Source of the DNA: an uncultured cyanobacterium
GTDB taxonomy: Bacteria > Cyanobacteriota > Cyanobacteriia > CAKZMO01
DNA length: 64,000 bases
Assembly: GCA_963719515.1 (NCBI GenBank)
Contig: CAVRCJ010000011.1
Coordinates: 32,001-96,000, forward strand
Reading direction: 5' to 3'
Shown here piece after piece: positions 8,989 through 18,615 of the stretch (position 1 is the first letter of the stretch; every line of letters starts with the position of its first letter). Position numbers and translations under genes: made by a program. The notes under the pieces are model-generated. The model was not told the DNA's origin. It ran no database searches and saw only the letters and a list, made by a program, of their open reading frames with translations.

Positions 8989-9221
8989 GTAGGGTCCACC
9001 GCGAGATTTACCGTCAGCTGCGATCGCCCCGCTGGCACCGCGGAAATGCAGGAGCACAGAACTGTCCCGTCCCCTAGCTCCACTTCGCAGGCGTGGCAGG
9101 AGCCCATGAGGCAACCCGTCGGAATCGAGACGCCCGCCCGCTCCGCCACCTGCAGCAGAGGCTCACCGGCTGTAGCCTCTACTGTGATGTCGTCCGGTAA
9201 AAAGTGGACGGCTACGGTCAT
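8982..9221 (-). CDS. 2Fe-2S ferredoxin-like protein
   Basis: GCLMGSCHAC...C cluster motif. Confidence 0.9.
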   Translation of the reverse strand: MTVAVHFLPDDITVEATAGEPLLQVAERAGVSIPTGCLMGSCHACEVELGDGTVLCSCISAVPAGRSQLTVNLAVDPTW

Positions 9222-10735
9222 GCGGGGGACATCGCCTCTAGCTTTTCAAGGATGGGGGAGAGGTCAAGCTGCGCGTCGACGCTGTCGGCAATGCTGTCCA
9301 GCATCACCTCGCGCTGCTCCCGGTAGTTGGGAATACCGGTGGGCAAAGAACTCAGTCCCCGCTGCTTTCTCAGGCGGTTGAGCCAGGTCCGCCGCCAAGG
9401 GCCATTGTCAAAGAGCCCGTGTAGGTAGGTTCCCCAAATCGCCTGGGTTGAGTCGACAATGCCCAGATTTGCGTCGTCAAACACGGCGTTGAAGGTTGGC
9501 TCTTTTCCATCCTCACCGTCAGCCGTCTCAGTCTGCATAATTTGGCTGCGCCCGTGGCGAATTTCATACCCCGCGACAGGAAGCCCCGTTTGAGGATAGC
9601 GGGAGGTGACCAGACGCTGACGGGCAATCTTTTGCCCCGTAATCACGGTTTTTAAGGGGACCAAGTCCAGGCCCCGGTAGCGGCCCTCATGGCCCTCAAC
9701 CCCCTCAGGGTCGGCCAGCATCCGCCCCATAATTTGGAAGCCGCCGCAGAGGCCCAAGATAGTTCCTCCGGCTGCCGCATAGTCTTGAATAGCCTCGGCC
9801 ATACCGGAGCGCTGCAGGGCGATCAGGTCGGCAATTGACGTCTTCGACCCAGGGATAATCAGCGCGTCGGGGTAGCCCAGCGACTCTTTGAGGCCGATGT
9901 AGCGCACGTAGACCGACGGCTCCGCGTCTAAAGGGTCAAAATCGGTGAAGTTGGAGATCCGCGGCAGACGGATGACGCCGATCGTCAGATCTTGGCCTCG
10001 GCTTGCGGTTCTACCGTCTAGAGACAGGGAATCTTCAGCCGGAAAGGGCTGGTCTAGCCAGGGGATGACGCCGAGGACAGGAATACCGGTGCGCTTTTGC
10101 AGCCAGTCAATACCGGGCTGCAGGAGAGACTGGTCTCCGCGAAACTTGTTGATCACGATGCCGCAGATCAGAGCGCGCTCGTCCGGCTCCAGCAGCTCCA
10201 GGGTGCCGACCACATGGGCAAAGGCTCCGCCCCGGTCGATGTCGACGACTAGGATTGTAGGAGCGTTGAGATACTTGGCCACCCGCATATTGGCCAGGTC
10301 ACGGTGCTTCAGGTTAATTTCTGCAGGACTGCCTGCCCCCTCGCACACCAAAACGTCAAAATCGTCCTCTAGCCGATGAATAGACTCTTCCACCGCCTGC
10401 CATGCTGGCTCCAGGAAGCGATCGTAGTACTCGACGGCGTTGACGGTGGCGACGGGGCGACCCTTGATAATCACCTGGGAAGTTTGGTCCCCCTGGGGCT
10501 TGAGCAGCACGGGATTCATATCGATACGAGGAGTCACCCCCGCAGCCCAGGCCTGCACCGCCTGGGCGTGGCCAATCTCTCCCCCCGCGGGGGCGACATA
10601 AGCGTTGAGAGCCATGTTCTGGGCTTTGAACGGGGAGACCTTCCACCCCTTACGGTGCAGAATACGGCAAAGCGCCGTTGTCACAAATGATTTGCCTGCG
10701 TGGGAGGTCGTCCCTACAACCATGATGGCTTTCAT
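9218..10735 (-). CDS. cobQ: Cobyric acid synthase
   Basis: GTTSHAGKS, FKAQNMALN, EGAGSPAEINL, GATase GLCGGFQ and GTYLHG. Confidence 0.97.
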   Translation of the reverse strand: MKAIMVVGTTSHAGKSFVTTALCRILHRKGWKVSPFKAQNMALNAYVAPAGGEIGHAQAVQAWAAGVTPRIDMNPVLLKPQGDQTSQVIIKGRPVATVNAVEYYDRFLEPAWQAVEESIHRLEDDFDVLVCEGAGSPAEINLKHRDLANMRVAKYLNAPTILVVDIDRGGAFAHVVGTLELLEPDERALICGIVINKFRGDQSLLQPGIDWLQKRTGIPVLGVIPWLDQPFPAEDSLSLDGRTASRGQDLTIGVIRLPRISNFTDFDPLDAEPSVYVRYIGLKESLGYPDALIIPGSKTSIADLIALQRSGMAEAIQDYAAAGGTILGLCGGFQIMGRMLADPEGVEGHEGRYRGLDLVPLKTVITGQKIARQRLVTSRYPQTGLPVAGYEIRHGRSQIMQTETADGEDGKEPTFNAVFDDANLGIVDSTQAIWGTYLHGLFDNGPWRRTWLNRLRKQRGLSSLPTGIPNYREQREVMLDSIADSVDAQLDLSPILEKLEAMSPA

Positions 10736-10779
10736 CCAAATCCTCCGGAGATATTGTGTGCAGAGTCGCCGCTACGGAA

Positions 10780-11196
10780 TCACGTCAGCCAGCCGGGTAG
10801 GCGAACCCATCGACTAATACTATTCAAGAGGTAATCCACCCAATACGGAGAATTATCAAATTTTCTCCCCTGGTCCCACCGTTCGATTAGCTTTCGGCCC
10901 AGGGGCGTGAGCCGAAAGCTATCGGTCAACCCTTGGCCGTCGACCTCGCGCCGCAGTAGCCCTGTTTGAATTAGCCACATCAGCTCATTCTCGACCGTCA
11001 GCTCGTTTAGCGATCGCTTTAGGTAGCGGTTGCGCACCCCCAGAGAACCCGCTATTGCCCCTAACGCAACGCTTTGCCACTGCATCACCTCAAACAACCG
11101 GCGGTGAAAAGGAGAGCAGCGAACGGCTCGCTCGGCCCGTCTGAGGATCCGAGGCGTATAGGAGATAGAGCGATGTCCGGAGGGAGCAGGGGTCAT
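10780..11196 (-). CDS. Conserved cyanobacterial protein (Npun_F0494-like)
   Basis: GLLRREVDGQGLTDSFRLTPLG motif. Confidence 0.8.
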   Translation of the reverse strand: MTPAPSGHRSISYTPRILRRAERAVRCSPFHRRLFEVMQWQSVALGAIAGSLGVRNRYLKRSLNELTVENELMWLIQTGLLRREVDGQGLTDSFRLTPLGRKLIERWDQGRKFDNSPYWVDYLLNSISRWVRLPGWLT

Positions 11197-11297
11197 GGGA
11201 ATTGTCGGCTGCAGGAGTTTAACCGAATGTATGCTTATTTTATGAGCATTACCCTAATCGTCACCATCAGTCTAACGAGTCAGCCTCAGCTAATGCC

Positions 11298-13127
11298 ATG
11301 AGCTACTGCTTGAACCCCGCCTGCCCTGCTCCCACGGTTCAGATTGCCGACGCCCGATTTTGCTCACACTGCGGCACGCCGCTACAGTTGGCCCAGCGCT
11401 ACCGGGCCACCGCACCCATCGGAGAAGGGCAGTTTGGTCAGACCTTCCTAGCGGTAGGTGCGGCAGCAAATACGACAATAAGGCGCTGTGTTATCCGTCA
11501 GGTGCCCATCCCGACCCTCGACGGGCCGCCGCTGCAGGCGGAACCTGTCCGCTCCCGCAGCCACGCCTTGCGGGAGCTTAGCTCGCATCCACAGCTGCCG
11601 GCGCTGTTGGCCTGGTTCACGCAGCAGCGGCACTACTACTGGGTTTTCGAGCTGGTTGAGGGGACAGCGTTAGAGGCTCTAGGCTTCGCCCTAAGCCTAG
11701 AGCAGGCGTTGCAGCTGCTGACCGCTACCCTACCCGTGCTGCAGGCTCTCCACACCGCAGGCATTCACCACGGCGACCTCAAACCAGCCAACCTAATTCT
11801 GACCGCTTCTCCCTCTGCTGCCGGGCCGCTTTCCCCACCCCGGCTAGTCGGGGTGGACTTTGGCCGGTCCTATCCGGCTCCGCAAGAGGCCTATAGGTCA
11901 GACCTGCAGAGCTTGGGGCGGCTGTGCGCCTATTTAATGACCCCGCTTCCCCGACCGGCCTGGTCTTCGTTTGAGGGGCAAGCCGCTGCACCGCAAGACC
12001 CCAAACTGCAAGACTCCAGACTGCAAGCGGTGCTAGAGCGCTTGATGGCCGCTGACGATGGCGGCTACGATAGCGCCCACACCGCTGCCGCCGCCGTTGC
12101 TGCGATCGCCCAGGGCAGGGAATATGAGTCGAGCTTCAACGAGGCCCCGACGCTGGTGCCGCAGGGGCGGGCGGCAGAGGCCCTACCGGACGAGGCCTTA
12201 TCGGACGGTCTAGAAGCCCTGACCTCCGATGGTCCCCAGTGGCTCTGCCGCCATACGCTGACAGGCCACGACACCTGGGTCCGCTCCGTGGCCGTGAGCG
12301 CCGACGGGCAGTGGATCATGAGCGGCAGCGGCGATAAAACCGTCAAGGTATGGTCTACCAAGACCGGAGCGCTGCGCCATACCCTGAAGGGCCATAGTGC
12401 CTGGGTGAGGGCGGTGGCTACTCACCCCAATCGGCCTCTGGTCGCCAGCGCTAGCAACGACAAATTGATTCATCTTTGGAATCTGGAAACCGGCCAGCAG
12501 GTTCAGACCCTCAAAGGCCACACCGACTGGATTCGCGCCCTGTGCTTCCTCCCTGGCGATCGCCTCGCCTCAGCCTCCCAAGACAAGACAATTTTGCTGT
12601 GGGATTTGGCCTCTGGAACGGTGATTCGCACCCTGCAGGGCCATCAGCACTGGGTGCTATCTCTGGCGCAGCCCGACGACAGCGTCCTGGTGAGCGGCAG
12701 CCGCGATCGCACCCTCCGCCTGTGGGATCTTGCTTCAGGGCGCTGTCTCCGGGTGCTAACGGGGCACCGAGATGAGGTCACTAGCCTCGTCTACTGCCCC
12801 CATACGGGCCATATTATCAGCGGCAGTACAGACCAGACGATTCGCTACTGGCGCGGGAATACAGGAGACTGTAGCCACACCATCAACTGTTCTGCCAGAA
12901 TCAGCAGCTTGGCCGTCTCCCCCAGCCAAAAGCTGCTCGCCGCTGGCCGCAGCGACAACAGTATTGGCCTTTGGAACGTGAGCGATCGCCGTCCTGCTGG
13001 CCAGCTCGTTGGCCACAGCAACTGGGTGTGGTCAGTCAGCTTCGCCCCTAGCCAGCCGCCCCGACTCGTGAGCGGCAGCTGGGACGGGACTGTTAAGATT
13101 TGGTGCCCGGCGGACACAGCGAGTTAG
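11298..13127 (+). CDS. Ser/Thr kinase-like domain plus WD40 repeats
   Basis: YCLNPAC 4-Cys prefix, GEGQFG, HGDLKPAN, DFG; seven GH...W(D) repeats. Confidence 0.9.
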   Translation: MSYCLNPACPAPTVQIADARFCSHCGTPLQLAQRYRATAPIGEGQFGQTFLAVGAAANTTIRRCVIRQVPIPTLDGPPLQAEPVRSRSHALRELSSHPQLPALLAWFTQQRHYYWVFELVEGTALEALGFALSLEQALQLLTATLPVLQALHTAGIHHGDLKPANLILTASPSAAGPLSPPRLVGVDFGRSYPAPQEAYRSDLQSLGRLCAYLMTPLPRPAWSSFEGQAAAPQDPKLQDSRLQAVLERLMAADDGGYDSAHTAAAAVAAIAQGREYESSFNEAPTLVPQGRAAEALPDEALSDGLEALTSDGPQWLCRHTLTGHDTWVRSVAVSADGQWIMSGSGDKTVKVWSTKTGALRHTLKGHSAWVRAVATHPNRPLVASASNDKLIHLWNLETGQQVQTLKGHTDWIRALCFLPGDRLASASQDKTILLWDLASGTVIRTLQGHQHWVLSLAQPDDSVLVSGSRDRTLRLWDLASGRCLRVLTGHRDEVTSLVYCPHTGHIISGSTDQTIRYWRGNTGDCSHTINCSARISSLAVSPSQKLLAAGRSDNSIGLWNVSDRRPAGQLVGHSNWVWSVSFAPSQPPRLVSGSWDGTVKIWCPADTAS

Positions 13128-13375
13128 CCCTTCGCGTACCTTTGTAGGAAGCGAGGCCCCGTACCTATAGGCGGAGAGCCCCAGCCACCAGCTACTTCCC
13201 ATGCATCGGAAGGGCTCCGCAGCTCCACTATGACGGCTATATATTGCGAAATTTACCCTATTTTGTAAACATATATAACGAAAATGACGTCAAGACAGCA
13301 TGCCGTCTTGACAGCACCTCTGACACCCCTTATTCTGCAAACATACCCGGGTATTTGAATATGTCTAGCCAATAT

Positions 13376-13741
13376 ATGAAGGACAAAAACAAGGTTACGT
13401 TATACATTCCTCCAGAGTTACATCGCCAGCTTAAGATCCAGTCTGCTGTTGATTCTGAGCCGATGTCTGCGATCGCTGAGCGAGCGCTTGTGCTCTACCT
13501 AGAGCATTCAGAGGAATGCAGTCCTAGCCACGGCCATGCCTACCAGGTTCACAGCTGCCCCAAGTGCAGCGCTGACTTTATTCTCCAGAATGGAGAAGCG
13601 GTGGCGATCGCTGGCCGCGGCGGAGCAGACAGCTCAGTAGATATGCTCAGTTCGCAGGTCATTGACGATCTCGACAGTGCGGCGAAAGGGAAAGACTACT
13701 TGACCCAAGAGCACGATCCCGAAGAGCTAGTCCCCTGCTAG
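13376..13741 (+). CDS. Ribbon-helix-helix-like protein upstream of ycf46
   Basis: KVTLYIPPELHRQLKI, CPKC motif. Confidence 0.75.
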   Translation: MKDKNKVTLYIPPELHRQLKIQSAVDSEPMSAIAERALVLYLEHSEECSPSHGHAYQVHSCPKCSADFILQNGEAVAIAGRGGADSSVDMLSSQVIDDLDSAAKGKDYLTQEHDPEELVPC

Positions 13742-13850
13742 CCCGCCTTGCCTGACAGCGCCAACCGTTGTCTAAGCCCAATGCGATTTCATGCAGAGCT
13801 TATTGCTTGCGTCTCGTCTAGTCTCTCTGTCACAACGTATAGGTTTGATC

Positions 13851-15356
13851 ATGAAAGAAGAGCTCAATATATTAGTTCAGGCTCAATATCCTTTGATCTA
13901 CCTGGTGACTTCAGAGGAGGAGCGCGCAGTTAGCACCATTGCCCAGCTCCAGCCGGGCCGTAAGCTATTCGTCTGGACCGTAACTCGCGGCATTATTGAG
14001 CACGATGCCTCTCGTGGAACCGCTCAACCGAGCCATAACACCGTTTCGCCCGAGGCCGCGATTGAGTGGACGGTTCGTCAAAAGGAGGCTGGAATTTACG
14101 TCTTTAAGGACATCCATCCTTTTCTAGATTCCCCTGCAGTGACCCGCTGGCTCCGAGACGCTATTAGCAGCTTCAAAGGCACCCAAAAGACCATCATTCT
14201 GATGTCGCCCGTCCAGCAGGTTCCCATTGAGCTTGAAAAAGAGGTTGTCGTACTCGACTTCCCGCTGCCCACCCTGTCTGAGCTCAACCAAGTCCTCTCC
14301 AAGCAGCTCGACCAGGTCAAAACTCGGCGCATCTCTACCGAAGCTCGAGAAAAGCTTTTGAAGGCGGCTTTAGGGCTGACCCGCGATGAAGCCGAGAAGG
14401 TCTACCGAAAGGCCCAGGTCACTGCAGGGCGACTGACGGACGAAGAAGTCGACGTCGTCTTGTCTGAGAAGAAGCAGCTCATCCGGCGAAACGGCATTCT
14501 TGACTACATCGAAGAAGATGAGACCATCAACTCCGTCGGAGGCCTTGCCGAGCTAAAGCGGTGGCTCCAGCAGCGCTCTGAGGCCTTTACGGAGAGAGCC
14601 CGTGAGTACGGCTTGCCCCAGCCTAAAGGGATGCTTATTTTAGGCGTACCGGGGTGCGGAAAGTCCCTCATTGCCAAAACCACTTCCCGGCTGTGGGGGC
14701 TGCCGCTGCTGCGTCTGGACATGGGCCGAGTGTACGATGGCTCGACTGTGGGACGCTCCGAGGCAAATTTACGCAGTGCCCTCAAAACCGCTGAATCGAT
14801 TTCTCCTGTTATTCTATTCATTGATGAGATAGACAAAGCCTTTGCTGGGTCAGCAGGCTCCGCCGACTCCGACGGCGGCACCTCTAGCCGGATTTTCGGC
14901 TCGTTCCTCACCTGGATGCAGGAAAAAACGTCCCCCGTATTCGTGATGGCCACCGCCAACCGAGTGGAGCGCCTGCCGAGCGAGTTTTTACGCAAAGGAC
15001 GCTTCGACGAAATTTTCTTTGTTGATTTGCCCAACGCCGAAGAGCGAAAAGAGATTTTCAATATTCATCTCTCCAAGCGGCGTCGGGAAGTTGGTCGCTT
15101 TGATATGGACCAATTGGCCAATGTCTGCGATGGATTCTCGGGAGCAGAGATTGAGCAAGCGCTGATTGCCGCGATGTACGATGCGTTTGCCCAAGACCGA
15201 GAGTTCACTCAGCTAGACATCATTGCGGCTATCAAGTCAACATTACCCCTTTCTAGAACGATGAGCGAGCAGGTTACCGCCCTTAGAGAATGGGCCCGGC
15301 AGCGCGCGCGACCTGCTGCTGCATCAGTCGCTGAGTATCAGCGGCTGGAGTTCTAA
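13851..15356 (+). CDS. ycf46: Ycf46-like AAA+ ATPase
   Basis: GVPGCGKS Walker A, LFIDEIDK Walker B, RKGRFDEIFF. Confidence 0.9.
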   Translation: MKEELNILVQAQYPLIYLVTSEEERAVSTIAQLQPGRKLFVWTVTRGIIEHDASRGTAQPSHNTVSPEAAIEWTVRQKEAGIYVFKDIHPFLDSPAVTRWLRDAISSFKGTQKTIILMSPVQQVPIELEKEVVVLDFPLPTLSELNQVLSKQLDQVKTRRISTEAREKLLKAALGLTRDEAEKVYRKAQVTAGRLTDEEVDVVLSEKKQLIRRNGILDYIEEDETINSVGGLAELKRWLQQRSEAFTERAREYGLPQPKGMLILGVPGCGKSLIAKTTSRLWGLPLLRLDMGRVYDGSTVGRSEANLRSALKTAESISPVILFIDEIDKAFAGSAGSADSDGGTSSRIFGSFLTWMQEKTSPVFVMATANRVERLPSEFLRKGRFDEIFFVDLPNAEERKEIFNIHLSKRRREVGRFDMDQLANVCDGFSGAEIEQALIAAMYDAFAQDREFTQLDIIAAIKSTLPLSRTMSEQVTALREWARQRARPAAASVAEYQRLEF

Positions 15357-15507
15357 CAAGCTTTCCTCTATCTCCTCAGTCTGGAGTAGGGGATTGGCTA
15401 GCACCGCTAGCAGCATCAAAACCGATAGCTTGCCCCAACAGGCGCTTACGGTTTGTCCTCTGTCAAACACGTTGTTTCTCTATCTATTTCCTCAGGAGAA
15501 AATACTC

Positions 15508-15861
15508 ATGTCTCACTTTAGCACCCTACGCACCAAGATCACGGACGCCGCTATCCTCAAGTCCTCCTTGTCTGACCTAGGTATCACGGTTAAGTCCAAT
15601 GCCGACGTCCGTGGCTACAACAGCCAGCGCGTCCGGGCTGACATCGTTGCCGTCCTTGATGGTGAGTACGATCTCGGTTGGTCTCTCAACAGCGATGGAT
15701 CCTACGATCTGATTGCTGATCTCTGGGGCGTTGCCAAGAAGCACAACCAGACTGAACTCATCAACTCCATCAACCAGAAGTACGCCGTCAACAAGACGCT
15801 GGCTGACGTCAAGCGTCCTGGTCTGCAAGGCGCGAACGTCAAGCTGGTTATGCAGAAGTAA
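15508..15861 (+). CDS. ycf35: DUF1257/Ycf35-like protein
   Basis: MSHFSTLRTKI start, AGGAG RBS, position after ycf46. Confidence 0.85.
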   Translation: MSHFSTLRTKITDAAILKSSLSDLGITVKSNADVRGYNSQRVRADIVAVLDGEYDLGWSLNSDGSYDLIADLWGVAKKHNQTELINSINQKYAVNKTLADVKRPGLQGANVKLVMQK

Positions 15862-15887
15862 AAAATCTCCTTGAGCGTTCCCAAATT

Positions 15888-15918
15888 TGGGTTGGCCGAT
15901 TGGCCAACCCTTTTTTTT
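15888..15918 (+). terminator. Intrinsic terminator
   Basis: GGGTTGGCC-GATT-GGCCAACCC followed by a T run. Confidence 0.9.
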
Positions 15919-16171
15919 ACGAAGGCAGCTTGACGCGCCGTGGACTAGACAGACCGTAGCCGATCACAGGCCGGAAATTTAGAGCGCATTAAAACGAAAG
16001 CCTGACGTTCGCTGCTTCCCAAAACGGCTCAGTTCCTTTACTCTATACCGTAGGACCGTCTTGAACTTACTTCAATCATTCACATTCGGTGTTGATTGCC
16101 TTCAGATTGCACCAGCCTGTGCCAGGGTGCGCTAGGGTATTCGTCGTCAACCTACAGGTCGTGTACATTTC

Positions 16172-16855
16172 ATGCAGACTGAAGCATTCAGCGAACTTTT
16201 TCCACTGTTTGGCTCTGCTAGTCCAGAAACGCTAGAGTGGCTCCTTTCGATTGCTGTTGAGCATGACTACCCCGCCGACCGGGCCGTCCTCATGGAGGAT
16301 GCTTGGGGAAACGCCGTGTACTTTATCGAAGCGGGATGGCTCAAGGTTCGTCGCCACTCTGGAGATGATGTTGCCGCACTAGCAATTCTAGGTCAGGGCG
16401 ACTTTTTTGGAGAGATGGCGATTTTGGACGAGTCTCCTCGATCAACCGACGTAATTGCCCTATCGTCAGTCAAGCTTCTCAGCGTCTCCGCCCAGCGGTT
16501 TATCCAAACGCTGTTCAAAGATTCTCAGCTTCACCACCGCCTACTGCAGCTGATGGTAAAGCGGCTTCGTCAAACCAACGCCCGCTTCCAGCTGCGTCAC
16601 CAGCCCCCGGCGATTAAGCTGGCCAATACGCTCATTCAGCTCTCGGAGCAGTACGGTTCCCCCACAGAAAACGGAACCAAGATGTTCAACGTGCCGCCAA
16701 AAGATTTAGCCGACGTCACCGATATCGGCCTAGAAGATACTCACAAGATTTTAGAAAAGCTGAGCGACAAGGGTTGGGTCCGAGTTGTTCCGGATGAGCA
16801 GGCGCTGTATATCACTAACGGTAAGCAGCTCACGCACTTGGCGGGTCAGCTTTAG
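16172..16855 (+). CDS. Crp/Fnr family regulator
   Basis: GDFFGEMAIL..PRS cNMP-binding motif; C-terminal HTH. Confidence 0.9.
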   Translation: MQTEAFSELFPLFGSASPETLEWLLSIAVEHDYPADRAVLMEDAWGNAVYFIEAGWLKVRRHSGDDVAALAILGQGDFFGEMAILDESPRSTDVIALSSVKLLSVSAQRFIQTLFKDSQLHHRLLQLMVKRLRQTNARFQLRHQPPAIKLANTLIQLSEQYGSPTENGTKMFNVPPKDLADVTDIGLEDTHKILEKLSDKGWVRVVPDEQALYITNGKQLTHLAGQL

Positions 16856-16967
16856 CCGTAAAGAAGTATTGCTGGTTTCAAACAATATGATTAAGGCGAA
16901 CGGGGCATTGCATCGTAGCGTGGTAGCTTACAGGCACAATACCTTAACTAGATCTTAGGAGCACGGG

Positions 16968-17450
16968 ATGATTCAGCGCACTCCGCCCCCCCCTTCCATT
17001 TCGCCCCGTCAGATGAACCTGCTGCGCGTGGTGTCGTATATGGCTTGGAGTGATGGCGGCCTCGCCGAAGAAGAAGCCGATGTGATGCTCAAGCGGCTCA
17101 GCAACGTTTTTGTAAAAGATGAAACCCAAGCGGCAGACCTACAGGAAGAGCTACGCTCGTATTTGGTCCAAAAGATTCCGCTGCAGGAGCTAGTTCCTAA
17201 ACTGCAGACCCACGAAGAGCGAAAGTTTGTGCTGCGGTTGGGCTACGAAGTGATCCGGGCTAACGTGCGACTGCCCGGGGAAGATGCCGTCAACGAAGAT
17301 GAGGCCGACGCCTACGACACCCTGAAAGCGCTGCTAAGCCTTCCAGAGGGCGAAGTACAGCAGATTGAGGCGGAAGTTGAAGCTGAGGACAACGAGCCAG
17401 GGGAGATCCTGGCGACACTGACCCGAGAGCTGCGCAATTTTGCGGGCTAA
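16968..17450 (+). CDS. TerB-like protein
   Basis: MAWSDGGLAEEE motif. Confidence 0.75.
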   Translation: MIQRTPPPPSISPRQMNLLRVVSYMAWSDGGLAEEEADVMLKRLSNVFVKDETQAADLQEELRSYLVQKIPLQELVPKLQTHEERKFVLRLGYEVIRANVRLPGEDAVNEDEADAYDTLKALLSLPEGEVQQIEAEVEAEDNEPGEILATLTRELRNFAG

Positions 17451-17459
17451 CCCCGACCG

Positions 17460-18419
17460 CTAGCTCATCTCTAGCATGCGCTGAATCGGCCGATAGGCCG
17501 CCACCCGCGTCGTCTCCGGCATTGTGATTTCCGGAGACCTGTTCTTCATTGCCAGATACAGCTTCTCCAGCGTATTGAGCCGCATGTGGGGGCACTCGTT
17601 ACAGGCGCAGTTGTTTGTGGCGGGTGCAGGAATAAAGCGCTTGCCGGGGGCCTGCTTGTCCATCTGGTGGATGATGCCGGGCTCGGTAGCCACAATGAAT
17701 GTAGTAGAGGCGCTGCGCTGCACGTAGTCGAGCAGGGCCGTCGTAGAGCCAATGTAGCTGGCGTGACGGAGGACAGGGGTTTCGCATTCGGGGTGGGCGA
17801 TCACTTCGGCCTGAGGGTGCTCGACCTGGAGCTGAACAATGTGCTTTTCAGAGAAGGTTTCATGGACAATACAGCTGCCTTCCCAGAGCAGCAGATCTCG
17901 CCCGGTTTGAGCCGCCACATAGCGCCCCAGGTTGCGATCTGGGGCAAAGATGATGGGCTGATCTTCAGGAATCTGCTGAATGATTTTGACGGCGTTGGAG
18001 CTGGTGCAAATGATGTCGCTCATTGCCTTAATCTGGGCGGTACAGTTGATGTAAGACACCACGAGATGCTCAGGGTGAGCGGCTTTGAACTGGGCAAACT
18101 GCTCGGGGGGGCAGCTATCGGCCAGTGAGCACCCCGCCTCTAAATCAGGAAGCAGCACCAGCTTGTTGGGGTTGAGAATTTTGGCCGTCTCCGCCATAAA
18201 ATGAACCCCCGCAAACACAATGACCTCTGCATCTGTGGCAGCAGCTTGACGAGACAGGCCCAGCGAATCCCCAATGTAGTCGGCGACGTCCTGAATGTCG
18301 CCCTCTTGATAGTAATGGGCCAGGATGACAGCATTAAGCTCGCGCTTGAGGTCGGCGATCGCGGCAAATAAATCGAGTGGGAGCGCGGGAGTCGGCGGGG
18401 AAGGGGCGGTAGTAAACAC
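17460..18419 (-). CDS. nadA: Quinolinate synthase
   Basis: [26 protein letters not shown]. Confidence 0.97.
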   Translation of the reverse strand: MFTTAPSPPTPALPLDLFAAIADLKRELNAVILAHYYQEGDIQDVADYIGDSLGLSRQAAATDAEVIVFAGVHFMAETAKILNPNKLVLLPDLEAGCSLADSCPPEQFAQFKAAHPEHLVVSYINCTAQIKAMSDIICTSSNAVKIIQQIPEDQPIIFAPDRNLGRYVAAQTGRDLLLWEGSCIVHETFSEKHIVQLQVEHPQAEVIAHPECETPVLRHASYIGSTTALLDYVQRSASTTFIVATEPGIIHQMDKQAPGKRFIPAPATNNCACNECPHMRLNTLEKLYLAMKNRSPEITMPETTRVAAYRPIQRMLEMS

Positions 18420-18576
18420 GGCGAATCTAAAACCCTTGAACGTGGAGCAATCCGTTACCTCGAATTATAGTAGATTCTACTAAAATTGACAGGGAGCGGC
18501 CTCGCCCTCAAGTTGAGGTGTTTCAGACTCGACAATCTGCCGAATTGTGCAGGGCTTTAGTCCCATCGCGATAGGT

Positions 18577-18606
18577 TTTGGCCCGGTCCGTCTACCGGGC
18601 CAAAAG
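18577..18606. terminator. Bidirectional terminator-like hairpin
   Basis: TTTTGGCCCGGT...ACCGGGCCAAAA. Confidence 0.75.
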
Positions 18607-18615
18607 CGACTATAG

